From Octopus vulgaris (Eukaryota): a stretch of 64,000 nt of DNA. The translations under genes and the position numbers were made by a program. The notes below the pieces were generated by a model, which did not search any database, had not been told where the DNA came from, and saw nothing but the letters and a program-made list of their open reading frames with translations. Where the stretch lies: assembly GCA_951406725.2 (NCBI GenBank), contig OX597833.1, positions 17,050,001 through 17,114,000 on the forward strand, given 5' to 3'. Positions 52,855 through 64,000 of the stretch are shown here, in pieces; position 1 is the first letter of the stretch; each line of letters starts with the position of its first letter.

Positions 52855-53800
52855 AAGGCGGCGAGTTTGCAAGAAACGTTAGCACGCCGGGCGAAATGCG
52901 TAGCCGTGTTTCGTCTGCCGCTACGTTCTGAGTTCAAATTCCGCCGAGGTCGACTTTGCCTTTCATTCTTTCAGGGTCGATAACTTAAGTACCAGTTATG
53001 CACTGGAGTCGATGCAATCGACGTAATCTATTTGTCTGTCCTTGTTTGTCCCCTCTATGTTTACCCCCTTGTGGGTAATAAAGAAATGGGTATTTCGTCT
53101 GCCGCTACGTTCTGAGTTCAAACTCCGCCGAGGTCGACTTTGCCTTTCATTCTTTCGGGGTCGATTAAATAAGTACCAGTTACGTACTGGGGTCGATACA
53201 ATCGACTTAATCCGTTTGTCTGTCCTTGTTTCTCCCCTCTGTGTTTAGCCCCTTGTGGATGATAGTAAAGAAATAGGTATTTCGTCTGTCGCTACGTTCT
53301 GAGTTCAAATTCCGCCGAGGTCGACTTTGCCTTTCATCCTTTGGGTGTCGATAAATTAAGTACTAGTTGCATACTGGGTCCGACCAGCCCCATTCCCCAA
53401 AATTTCAGGCCTTGTACTTAGAGCAGAAAATAATATTACTGTGCTCTGCATTATGTCCTATTATTAATATTATTAAGACGGCAAGTTTGCAGAAAGGTTA
53501 GCAAGCCGGGCAAAATGCTTAGCGGTATTTCGTCTGATTTTTTACATTCTGAGTTCAAATTCCGCCGATGTCGACTTTGCCTTTTATCCTTTCGGGGTCG
53601 ATAAATTAAGTACCAGTTGAGAACTGTGGTCAATGTAGAAAAGTTTAATATTATTATTAAGGTGACGAGTTTGCAGAATCGTTAGTACGCCGGGCAAAAT
53701 GCTAAGCGGTATTTCGCCCATCACTAAATTCTGAGTCCAAATTCCGTCGAAGTTGACTTTGCTTTTCAACCTCTCGGCATCGATATATTAAGTACCTTTG
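52855..53800 (+). mobile_element. SINE family C trimer followed by two more copies
   Basis: Head plus three bodies (52855-53430). Further heads at 53474 and 53659. Confidence 0.82.
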
Positions 53801-53827
53801 GCCTTGAAAAGATTATTAATATTATGG

Positions 53828-54320
53828 AGTGAGAGTGCAGTGCATGCCATCAAAGTGACACTGGGGCACAGATATACGAAACCCAACATCTGCATCATGA
53901 ATACCTCTCTGATAAGGGTACACTAGGCACATGCATCACAACCATATGTGCTCGACATGGTGATCTCATATCAAGATAAACAGCGCATGACCTTGCAGGT
54001 GGGGCCCAATTAGAATTTTCGTCATGTCAGGTAGCACATCCCACTTAAAAGGTCCCTGGATAAGGATTTGTTTAAGGATGATGAACGAAACACACATATT
54101 TCCAGAGGTGAATAATTCAAACTCCAAAGAATTCCTCTCAACACATGGATGTGATGCTCCCCCACTACTTCTGCGCATATCGTCACCCACTTGGGACATC
54201 CTCAACTGGTTAAGGTCAAACAACTGACAGGCAAATCTTTGGTATTCAGCAGAATATTTGCTGTAGCCCATCTTTTATAGCAAGACAAAACATGTACAAG
54301 ATAACAATTCAAATCAATTA
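53828..54320 (-). mobile_element. Second copy of the 32396-32928 repeat
   Basis: Collinear homology, e.g. CATGCCATCAAAGTGACACTGGGG and GCAGAATATTTGCTGTAGCCCATC. Confidence 0.75.
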
Positions 54321-54824
54321 AGAACAGATTAAGGTGGCAAGATGGTAGAATTGTGACCGTGCTGGACAAAATACTTCGCGGCATTTTGCCCGTCTTTACG
54401 GTCTGAGTTCAAATTCCGCTGGGGCTGACTTTACCTTTCGTCTTTTGGGGGTCGATAGATCAGTACCAGTTAAACAATTGGGTCGATGTAATTGACTTAA
54501 CCCCTCCCCTAAATTGCTGGCCTTGTGCCAAAATTTGAAACCTTTATTATCATTAGCTGTAATAATAATAATAATACGGCAGTATTTCGTCCGTCTTTAG
54601 ATTCTTTACTTTTCATCCTTTTGGGGTCGATTAAGTAAGTACCAACTGCATACTGGAGTCGGTGCAAAATTTGAGGGCTTGTGTATATAGTAGAAAGAAT
54701 TATTATTATTAAATTTGCTGTATATACATCAATGCATTATATAGGCACATGCATATATTGCATATGTAACAAACGCGCACACACACCTATATACATACAG
54801 ACACATGTATATATGTGTGTATGA

Positions 54825-55028
54825 GGCGACTGAGTGGCAAGAAGCTTGCTTCCCAACCACATGGTTCCGAGTTCAGTCCCATTACGTGGCACCCTGAGTA
54901 AGTGTCTTCTACTATAGCCTCGGGCCGACCAAAGCCTTGTGACCAGATCTTAGTAGACGAAAACTGAAAGACGCCCGGCTTATATATATGTGTATATATA
55001 TGTGTGTGTGTGTGTGTATGTGTGTGTG

Positions 55029-55068
<40 letters not shown>

Positions 55069-55297
55069 CCGGTGTGTGTCTTTGTGACTGTGTTTGTCTC
55101 TCCATCACTGCTTGACGACCGGTGTCGGTGTGTTTACGTTCCCGTAACTTAGCGGTTCGGCAGAAGACACCAGCAGAAAAAATTACTAAGCTTAAGAACT
55201 AACTCCAGGGGGGCAATTTGTTCGACTAAAACCCTTCAAAGCGGTGCTCCAGCATGACCGAAGTTAAATGACTGAAGCAAGTAAAAGAATAAAAGAA
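54825..55297 (+). mobile_element. SINE family A, diverged
   Basis: Consensus match. Confidence 0.8.
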
Positions 55298-55708
55298 TAT
55301 ATATATATATAAATTATTGAAACATTCCTGTCACAACCTGGGACCTTGAAGACTGCTATAGTGCAAGAAAGTATACTAGTCCCTTAATATTTGATATTCA
55401 ATATTTCATCTATTCAATAAGACAATCAATACTTCATTTCATTTTACTATATATATACTATTTATACTATATATTCTATATTCTACATTAATATTATAAA
55501 GAATATAAATAAAACATAAAGAACAGAGTTAGAATTCATTTGAATAATATATATCCCTCGATACACAATCATACAAACCCTTTATATATATATATATATT
55601 GTTAAAAACGGTAAGATAACAAAAGAAAGAAAGAGACCTCAATATTATGTAAGTAGAGGAAATTTATCTGTAAAATAATATGTGACAATTTATATATATA
55701 TATGTATG

Positions 55709-55775
<67 letters not shown>

Positions 55776-55805
55776 TTTAATATTACTGTTCTCTGCGTTA
55801 TGTCC

Positions 55806-55877
<72 letters not shown>

Positions 55878-56518
55878 CATTATTAAGGCGGCGAGTTTGC
55901 AGAAAAGTTAGCACGCCGGGCGAAATGCTTTGCGGTATTTCGTCTGCCGTTACACACACACACACACACACATACACACACACACAATCACTCACACACA
56001 AATATGTATTGAACTGCAGTAGAATGTATATCGATTATATTTTCAAATGACCGAAGCAGCATAATTTTTGTCGCTGCAGCCGCTTTCGAGAAACCAACGG
56101 ATACATCACAGAAGACATTGACATCATGATTCATAGATGAGACAACCACTCACTCCTTTGTAGTAAAGCTAACGTGATAATCTGATGTCATTTCACAGAA
56201 TAGCAAACCCGTCATTCTGGTGTTCTCATTTGTAACAACTTTTTTCAGCAGCGACACGAAGGCTAACCGATTACAATCGACGAATCTAAATGTCAACCGG
56301 TAACAGGATATTTATGAATGTAATCGGAGTACGGCATGATACCAGGCTGCAAATACCTGACGTTAACTTCGTTGGCTGACTAACCTTTGCGAAAACAGAT
56401 GTAGAACAGAATAGGATTGCGTTGATTTGAATAGCAAAAAGATCATTGGTGAGAGTGAACTTTAGGTGTATTTAGCACTCAGTCCACTCTGCTGGGTGGT
56501 CGGTATTAGGAACGGCAT

Positions 56519-56936
56519 GAAGGCGGCGAGCTGGCAGGATCGTTAGCACGCCGGGCGAAAAGCTTAGCCGTATTTCGTCTGCCGCTACGTTGTGAGTTCA
56601 AATTCCGGCGAGGTCGACTTTGACTTTCATCCTTTCGGGGTCGATAAATTAAGTACCAGTTACGAACTGGGGTCGATGTAATCGACTTAATACCCATGTC
56701 TGTCCTTGTTTGTTCCCTCTGTGTTTGGCCCCTTGTGGGTAGTAAAGAAATAGGTATTTCGTCTGCCGCTACGTTGTGAGTTCAAATTCCGCCGAGGTCG
56801 ACTTTGACTTTCATCCTTTCGGGGTCGATAAATTAAGTACCAGTTACGAACTGGGGTCGATGTAATCGACTTAATACCTATGTCTGTCCTTGTTTGTTCC
56901 CTCTGTGTTTGGCCCCTTGTGGGTAATAAAGAAATA
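56519..56936 (+). mobile_element. SINE family C dimer with a 17-bp flanking direct repeat
   Basis: GGTATTAGGAACGGCAT at 56502-56518 and 56937-56953. Inserted into another SINE-like element (family E). Confidence 0.9.
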
Positions 56937-56982
56937 GGTATTAGGAACGGCATCCGACCGTTAAAAAAAAAACCCGTGTCGA

Positions 56983-57593
56983 AATAGACACTGAAGCCTG
57001 GGTTCTGTCTTCTACCTCGCCAGCTCCTGTCAAACCTTTCAACCCATACCAGCAAGGAAAGCGGACCTCAAATGATGATGATGATGATGATGACGATGAT
57101 GACGATGACGATGATAGTGATGATGACGATAATGACGATAATGACGATAATAGACACTGAAGCCTGGGTTCTGTCTTCTACCTCGCCAGCTCCTGTCAAA
57201 CCTTTCAACCCATACCAGCAAGGAAAGCGGACCTCAAATGATGATGATGATGATGATGATGACGATGATGACGATGACGATGATAGTGATGATGACGATA
57301 ATGATGACGATAATGACGATAATAGACACCGAAGCCTGGGTTCTGTCTTCTACCTCGCCAGCTCCTGTCAAACCTTACAACCCATACCAGCAAGGAAAGC
57401 GGACCTCAAATGATGATGATGATGATGATGACGATGACGACGATGACGATGATGATGATGACGATGATAGTGATGATGACGATAATGATGACGATAATGA
57501 CGATAATAGACACTGAAGCCTGGGTTCTGTCTTCTACCTCACCAGCTCCTGTCAAACTTTTCAACCCATACCAGCAAGGAAAGCGGGCCTTAA

Positions 57594-57636
<43 letters not shown>

Positions 57637-58105
57637 CGATGATGACGATGACGATGATAATGATGATGACGATAATGATGACGATAATGACGATAATAGA
57701 CACTGAAGCCTGGGTTCTGTCTTCTACCTCGCCAGCTCCTGCCAAACCTTTCAACCCATACCACCAAGGAAAGCGGACCTCAAATGATGATGATGATGAT
57801 GATGATGACGATGACGACGACGACGACGATGATGAGGAGGAGGAGGAGGAGGAGGACGATGATGATGATGATGACGACGATGATGATGATGATGACGGTG
57901 ATGATGATGATGATGATGACGATGATGACGACGACGACAACGACGATGATGATGATGATGATGATGACGGTGATGATGATGATGATGACAATGATGACGA
58001 CGTCGACAACGACGACGATGATGATGATGATGATGATGATGACGATGATGACGGTGATGATGTTGATGATGATGACGACGACGACGATGATGATGATGAT
58101 GATGA
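56983..58105 (+). repeat. Five tandem copies of an ~90-bp retroelement 3' end, each with a (GAT/GAC)n tail
   Basis: AATAGACACTGAAGCCTGGG...AACCCATACCAGCAAGGAAAGCGGACCTCAAATGATGATG repeated five times, period ~165-195 bp. Confidence 0.9.
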
Positions 58106-58392
58106 TAGTTATTTTTTTTTTTTTATCTTTTATCCTTAGTCTTTTATTTGTTTCATTGATTGAATTGCGGGCCATACTGGGGCACTTCTTTGGAAGGCTT
58201 AAGTCGGACAAATCAAACTTATTGATTGTGTTTTCTTTTCTTTAAAGTCTGGTAATTATTCTATCGTTCTTTTTTGCCAAACCGCTAAGTTACGGGTACG
58301 GAAATGCAAGAAAATCAACACTGGTTGTCAGGCTGTGGGCTGGGGGTGACAAACACAGATACACATGCACATATACATCCACCGTACACACA

Positions 58393-58436
<44 letters not shown>

Positions 58437-58439
58437 TAT

Positions 58440-58795
58440 TCTTTATGCTCGTGATTTGTATGCCAAGTTCAAAAACGGAAATTTTGACCTCAAAGACGTA
58501 CCTCCTTCTGGCCGTCCAGTTGAGTTCGATGAAGAGCGATTAAACCAACTTTTGCACGAAAATTCTCGTCAAACGATAAGGGAACTGGCAGAGAAAATGG
58601 AATGCTCCCATACTGCTATAGAGAAGCATCTTCACTCGATGGGAAAGGTTCAGAAGTATGAAGCATGCGTTCCGCATACTTTAAGTGACAATAACAAAAT
58701 TAAACGAGCCACAATCTCCGCTGGTTTGCTTGCTCGTCACCGCTCAATTCATGAACACAAGCAACGATTTCTTTACCGAATCGTTACAGGCAAAA
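58440..58795 (+). pseudogene. Mariner transposase N-terminal fragment
   Basis: KFKNGNFDLKDVPPSGRP..QTIRELAEKM..HLHSMGKVQK..CVPHTL..FLYRIVTG. Confidence 0.88.
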
Positions 58796-58914
58796 AAAAA
58801 AACTATTGATTTGGAAAGAGTTACGAATGTAAAGGAATATTCTTAAATTCTTAAAATTGATCAGAGAAGAAAATGAAACACAAAAAAAAAAATACATAAG
58901 TTGTCTAACATAAT

Positions 58915-59635
58915 CCTTTCTACTATAGGCACAAGGTCTGAAATTTGGGAGTGGGGGGAATAGTGGATTACATCTACCCCAGTACTCAACTGGTATTTAA
59001 TTTATCGATCCCGAAAGGATGAAATGCAAAGTCGACCCCAGCGGAATTTGACTCAGAACGTTAAGGCACACGAAATACCTATTTCTTTACTACCCACAAG
59101 GGGCTGAACACAAAGGAGACAAACAAGGACACACAAACGGATTCAGTCACTTACATCGACCCCAGTGTGTAACTGGTACTTATTTAATCGACCCCGAAAG
59201 GATGAAATGCAAAGTCGACCTCGGCGGAATTTGAACTCAGAAAGTAAAGGCAGACGAAATACCTATTTCTTTACTACCCACAAGGGGCTGAACACAGAGG
59301 AGACAAACAAGGACACACAAACGGATTCAGTCGATTACATCGACCCCAGTGCGTAACTGGTACTTAATTTATCGACCCCGAAAGGATGAAATGCAAAGTC
59401 GACCTCGGCGGAATTTGAACTCAGAACGTTAAGGCAGACGAAATACCTATTTCTTTACTACCCACAAGAGGCTAAACACAGAGGAGACAAACAAGGACAC
59501 ACAAACGGATTCAGTCGATTACATCAACCCCAGTGCGTAACTGGTACTTAATTTATCGACCCCGAAAGAATGAAAGGCAAAATCGACCTCGGCGGAATTT
59601 GAACTCAGAACGTAGCGGCAGACGAAATACTGCTT
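58915..59635 (-). mobile_element. SINE family C tetramer inside one 16-bp TSD
   Basis: TSD AGTTGTCTAACATAAT at 58899-58914 and 59636-59651. Confidence 0.9.
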
Positions 59636-60368
59636 AGTTGTCTAACATAATGATATAAATGAATACGTGCTGCTAAGAGAGCCCAACGAGGCAAGAATGC
59701 GTATCTAGATTCTTATCTACCGTTGTTGAAAGATTTTCATCTGCTGCCAAATTTGTGTTTTAAATATATCACATCCCTACACTAATTTTAGAACGGTTTG
59801 AATTCGGTTGGTCTTTTTTTATGTGTGTGTGAATCCTGGCATGCCTATGTGGTTTAGAATCCCGTTTTGCTACAACGTGGTTTCAGGTTCAATTCAACCG
59901 GGTAGCACTTTGGTCAAGAGTCTTCTACTATAGTCCCGCGCCGACCAATGCCTTGTGAGTTAATTTGGTAGATGGAAACTGTGAGGAAGCCCATCGCACA
60001 CATAATTGTATATATGTGTGTGTGTGTGAGAGAGTACGTATATGTGTAACTCAGTGTTTGTCGCTTGACAACCGGTGTTGGTCTGTTTATGCTCCAGTAA
60101 CTTAGCAGTTCGGCAACGAGAACCAATAAAATAAGTAGTTAACTTTGAAAAACAATTAGCACTGGGTCGATTTGTTTCAAGGCAGTGCCCCAACTTGGTC
60201 GCAGTCTAATGTCTGAAACAAAAGAAGAATATAAGAATAATAAAAACTAAACTTCATTAATAAGCAATCACTAATGACAATTTTAATTATTAAAAAGTCA
60301 ACCGGCTCTTTCATTACTAATTATCCGACGCCGTTTAAATTTTATTATCTCAGAAAATGATAATACCC

Positions 60369-60595
60369 ATTTCTTTATTACCCACAAGGAGCTAAACATA
60401 GAAGGGACAAACAAGGACAGACATAGGTATTAAGTCGATTACATCGACCCCAGTGCGTAACTGGTACTTAATTTATCGACCCCGAAAGGATGAAAGGTAA
60501 AAATCGACCTCGGCGGAATTTGAACTCACAACGTAAAGGCAGACGAAATACCGCTAAGCATTTCGCCCGACGTGCTAACGTTTCCGCCAGCTCGC
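60369..60595 (-). mobile_element. SINE family C monomer with 11-bp TSD
   Basis: TGATAATACCC at 60358-60368 and 60596-60606. Confidence 0.85.
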
Positions 60596-60659
60596 TGATA
60601 ATACCCCCACAAAATGATAATACCCCCACAAAAATGTGAGTGCTCTATCAGAAAAAAAC

Positions 60660-61272
60660 TATATTGCAATAGTTAGCATGAGAGTAAATCAAATACTGGC
60701 TTTTGGTGCAAAATGCACGCTTGTTTATATCACCAGCGGGGAGATAAATCTCCTCCATCTCCAGCGCCGAGACCAACAGTTCGCGTGATTTCGATCTTCC
60801 TTGGCCTCGTCAGTGATAGACGTTCGACCGCTAGAGATAGCAGCGATTCATCTCCCGCTAGCGATATATGAGAACAACAGTGCGAGAACTGGCACTGGTG
60901 TCGCGATTAACAAGTGAGCTTTTAAAAAAGTATGTATTAGCCACAGAGTATTCATAGCGAGAGGTAATATTTATTCCCAGTTAAATATGAATGTTCTGTA
61001 AGAACAAACTATACTGTGGTAGATACCATGAGAGAAACTCTCATACTGACTCTTGGTGGAAAATGCACGTTTGCTTATATTGCTAATAGGGAGACAGATA
61101 CCCGCCATTTCCAGCACCGAAACCACCAGGTCAAGTGATTTCCACGTTCTATGGTCTCGTCGATGATAGGCGCTCGACCGCTAGAGGTAGCAGTGGCTCA
61201 TCGTTCCGCCAGTGATATATAGAAAAGCAGTGCCAGAACAGGCACTAGTGTTGGGATTAACCAGTGAACTTG
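60660..61272 (-). mobile_element. ~1.7-copy tandem of a 350-bp unit with a decayed hammerhead at the tip of a long hairpin (retrozyme-like)
   Basis: TTGGTG.AAAATGCACG at 60703 and 61053. Minus strand CTATCA-CTGACGA-GGCC-AAGGAA-GATC-GAAA-TCACGCGA at ~60781-60819. Confidence 0.65.
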
Positions 61273-61383
<111 letters not shown>

Positions 61384-61401
61384 TTAGATAGGTAGATAGA
61401 C

Positions 61402-61497
<96 letters not shown>

Positions 61498-61692
61498 TCG
61501 CTATGATAGATCGCTCGCCGGTACACATTCTTTACTTTCTTTCCTTGTTTCTTTCTGTGTTCCTTTCTGTGGAAGAGCGTAGGCTCGAAAAGTTAAAGAC
61601 TTTTTCACTTCTCGAGCGTTACAGTAATACATCTGGTTGTTGTCTACACTACCTGTCTTCATCTTTTGTTTTTATGTGTGAATTCTCCCCCT

Positions 61693-61745
<53 letters not shown>

Positions 61746-61747
<2 letters not shown>

Positions 61748-62089
61748 CGTAGGAGTGGCTGTGTGGTAAGTGTCTTCTACTATAGCCTCGGACCGACCAA
61801 AGCTTGTGAGTGGATTTGGTAGATGGAAACTGAAAGAAGCCCGTCGTATATATGTATATACATATATATATGTATGTGCGTGTATATATTTGTATGTCTG
61901 TGTTTGTCCCCCCCAACATCGCTTGACAACCGATGCTGGTGTGTATACGTCTCCGTAACTTAGCGCTTCGGCAAAAGAGACCGATGGAATAAGTACTAGG
62001 CCTACAAAGAATAAGTCTTGGGGTCGATTTACTCGACTAAAGGCGGCGCTCCAGCATGGCCACAGTCAAATGACTGAAACAAGTAAAAG

Positions 62090-62092
<3 letters not shown>
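61746..62092 (+). mobile_element. SINE family A with a deletion in the head
   Basis: Consensus match lacking the B-box segment. Confidence 0.8.
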
Positions 62093-62143
<51 letters not shown>

Positions 62144-62158
62144 TATATATATATATAC

Positions 62159-62231
<73 letters not shown>

Positions 62232-62871
62232 CGACGAGAGATAATAACTACTGCCTCGGCAACAGCAATAGCAACAAGAAGAGCTGCAACATCTTAAATC
62301 ACAAGCAGTAATACCCTTTTTACGATAAGCACAAAGCCTGAAGTTTTGGGGAAAGGGGTTAAGTCTATTACATCGAGCCCACGTCTCAACTTTTACTTAT
62401 TTTATCGAACCCCAAAAGGATGAAAAGCAAAGTTGGTCTCGGTGGGATTTGAACTCAGAATGTCAAGACGGACGAAATGCTGCAAAGCATTTTGCCCTGT
62501 GTGCTAATGATTCTGCCAATGTTCTGCCTTGACCACAAACAGTAAATATCGGTTTCATATTTTGGCACAAGGCCAGCAATTTCGAGGCTGGGGGTGTAAA
62601 TCGATCACATCAATCACTAATCGAGAGGATGAAATGTTAAGTCGATTACGGTGGTATTTGAAATCAGAACTTACATATATGCTAAGTATATATGTAAGTA
62701 TAAACACACACACACACGCACACACACACACGCACACACACACACGCACATGCACACACACATACACAAATTTATATGTATACGCTTATGCACACATACA
62801 TACATAAATATGTGGATGTGGATGTATAAGTAAAGCGGTATAAGATATTATAGACGCTAATATGACACACG

Positions 62872-63140
62872 TGGAGGTACATGGCTTAGTGGTTAGAGCA
62901 GCGGACTCGCGGTCGAGGGATCGCGGGTTCTATTCTCAGATATGTGTGTGTTTATGAGCGAAACACTTAAGCTCCACGAGGCTCCGGCAGAAGGTAATGG
63001 CGAACTTCTGCTGACTCTTTCGTCACAACTTTCTTTCACTCTTTCCTCTTGCATCTTGCATCTCACCTGCGACGGACCGGCGTTCCGTCCAGATGGGGAA
63101 CCTATACGCCAAGGAAACCGGGAAACCGGCCCTAATGAGC
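62872..63140 (+). mobile_element. SINE family D
   Basis: TGGCTTAGTGG A box. Homologous to 4792-5106. Confidence 0.8.
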
Positions 63141-63298
63141 CAATAAAAATGACACCCAATAAAAAGAAAATCGATTTCACTGAAGGTACTCGAACCTCGA
63201 TTCTGTTGCTTCACTGCTGACCGTCGTACCGACTGCATTTGCCTTCGACCTTAAGATTACTCATTCAAGACCGATTTAGAGGCAAACGTCAACAAATA

Positions 63299-63703
63299 GG
63301 CGCAGGAGTGGCTGTGTGGTAAGTAGCTTGCTAACCAACCACATGGTTCCGGGTTCAGTCCCACTGCGTGGCATCTTGGGCAAGTGTCTTCTGCTATAGC
63401 CCCGGGCCGACCAATGCCTTGTGAGTGGATTTGGTAGACAGAAACTGAAAGAAGCTTGTCGTATATATGTATATATATATATATGTATGTGTGTGAGTGT
63501 TTGTGTGTCTGTGTTTGTCCCCCTAGCATTGCTTGACAACCGATGCTGGTGTGTTCACGTCCCCGTCACTTAGCGGTTCGGCAAAAGAGACCGATAGAAT
63601 AAGTACTGGGCTTACAAAGAATAAGTCCCGGGGTCGATTTGCTCGACGAAAGGCGGTGCTCCAGCATGGCCGCAGTCAAATGACTGAAACAAGTAAAAGA
63701 GTA
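63299..63703 (+). mobile_element. SINE family A, near consensus
   Basis: Full-length match. Confidence 0.88.
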
Positions 63704-64000
63704 AACCTTCCCAACCTATCTAGTTAGCTACCGATAGAAACAGCTATCGTCATATTTTTGTATTTCGACATGTATAAACAAATGCGTGGTTGTTTGATTT
63801 CTATACATATGTACGAATCACACCTGTTGATAAAGTAGACCCAGAACGGACTTGGATATGTTTAATGTAAATAGTAATGGTGTCAACACGCTAATTAATC
63901 ATAACCATCATCTGTTTTAGAACCATAAAGTTACATCATGCTTTTTCACGTTGCTACCTGAATCACTAATGCAATGTTCCTTTTCTTGGGGTTGCTGCTC

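Noticed and set aside
56983-57790. Repeat-spacer-like pattern
   Set aside because: The 'spacers' are (GAT/GAC)n tails that are themselves copies of each other; this is a tandem duplication.

Overview
This is AT-rich, repeat-saturated eukaryotic DNA with no recognisable intact host gene. It is most likely intronic or intergenic animal DNA, and the SINE and microsatellite landscape resembles octopus (recognition only, not verified). Almost all long ORFs in the supplied track are microsatellite read-throughs. Supported content: (1) a full-length but dead mariner element (1801-3070), a 3.4-kb hAT element with TIRs and an 8-bp TSD (8173-11617), and further Tc1/mariner remnants; (2) 3' remnants of R4/Dong-like, Tx1/L1-like, CR1/L2-like and RTE-like LINEs; (3) at least five SINE families, several with clean TSDs, one of which forms 'one head plus n bodies' multimers inside a single TSD; (4) a 29-bp minisatellite and large microsatellite blocks. 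The most interesting signal is a set of small non-coding elements carrying type I hammerhead-ribozyme motifs. One is a ~430-bp foldback with a canonical hammerhead on each strand. Other families carry recurring core variants (CUGUAGA, CCGACGA), and three unrelated ~350-bp retrozyme-like units occur as partial tandems. Many of these elements sit in (TA)n and have a short inverted copy next to a long copy, as expected for Penelope-mobilised elements. A ~300-430 bp inverted duplication also brackets a candidate 27-nt microexon. Coordinates were counted by eye, and element ends without a TIR or TSD are approximate.
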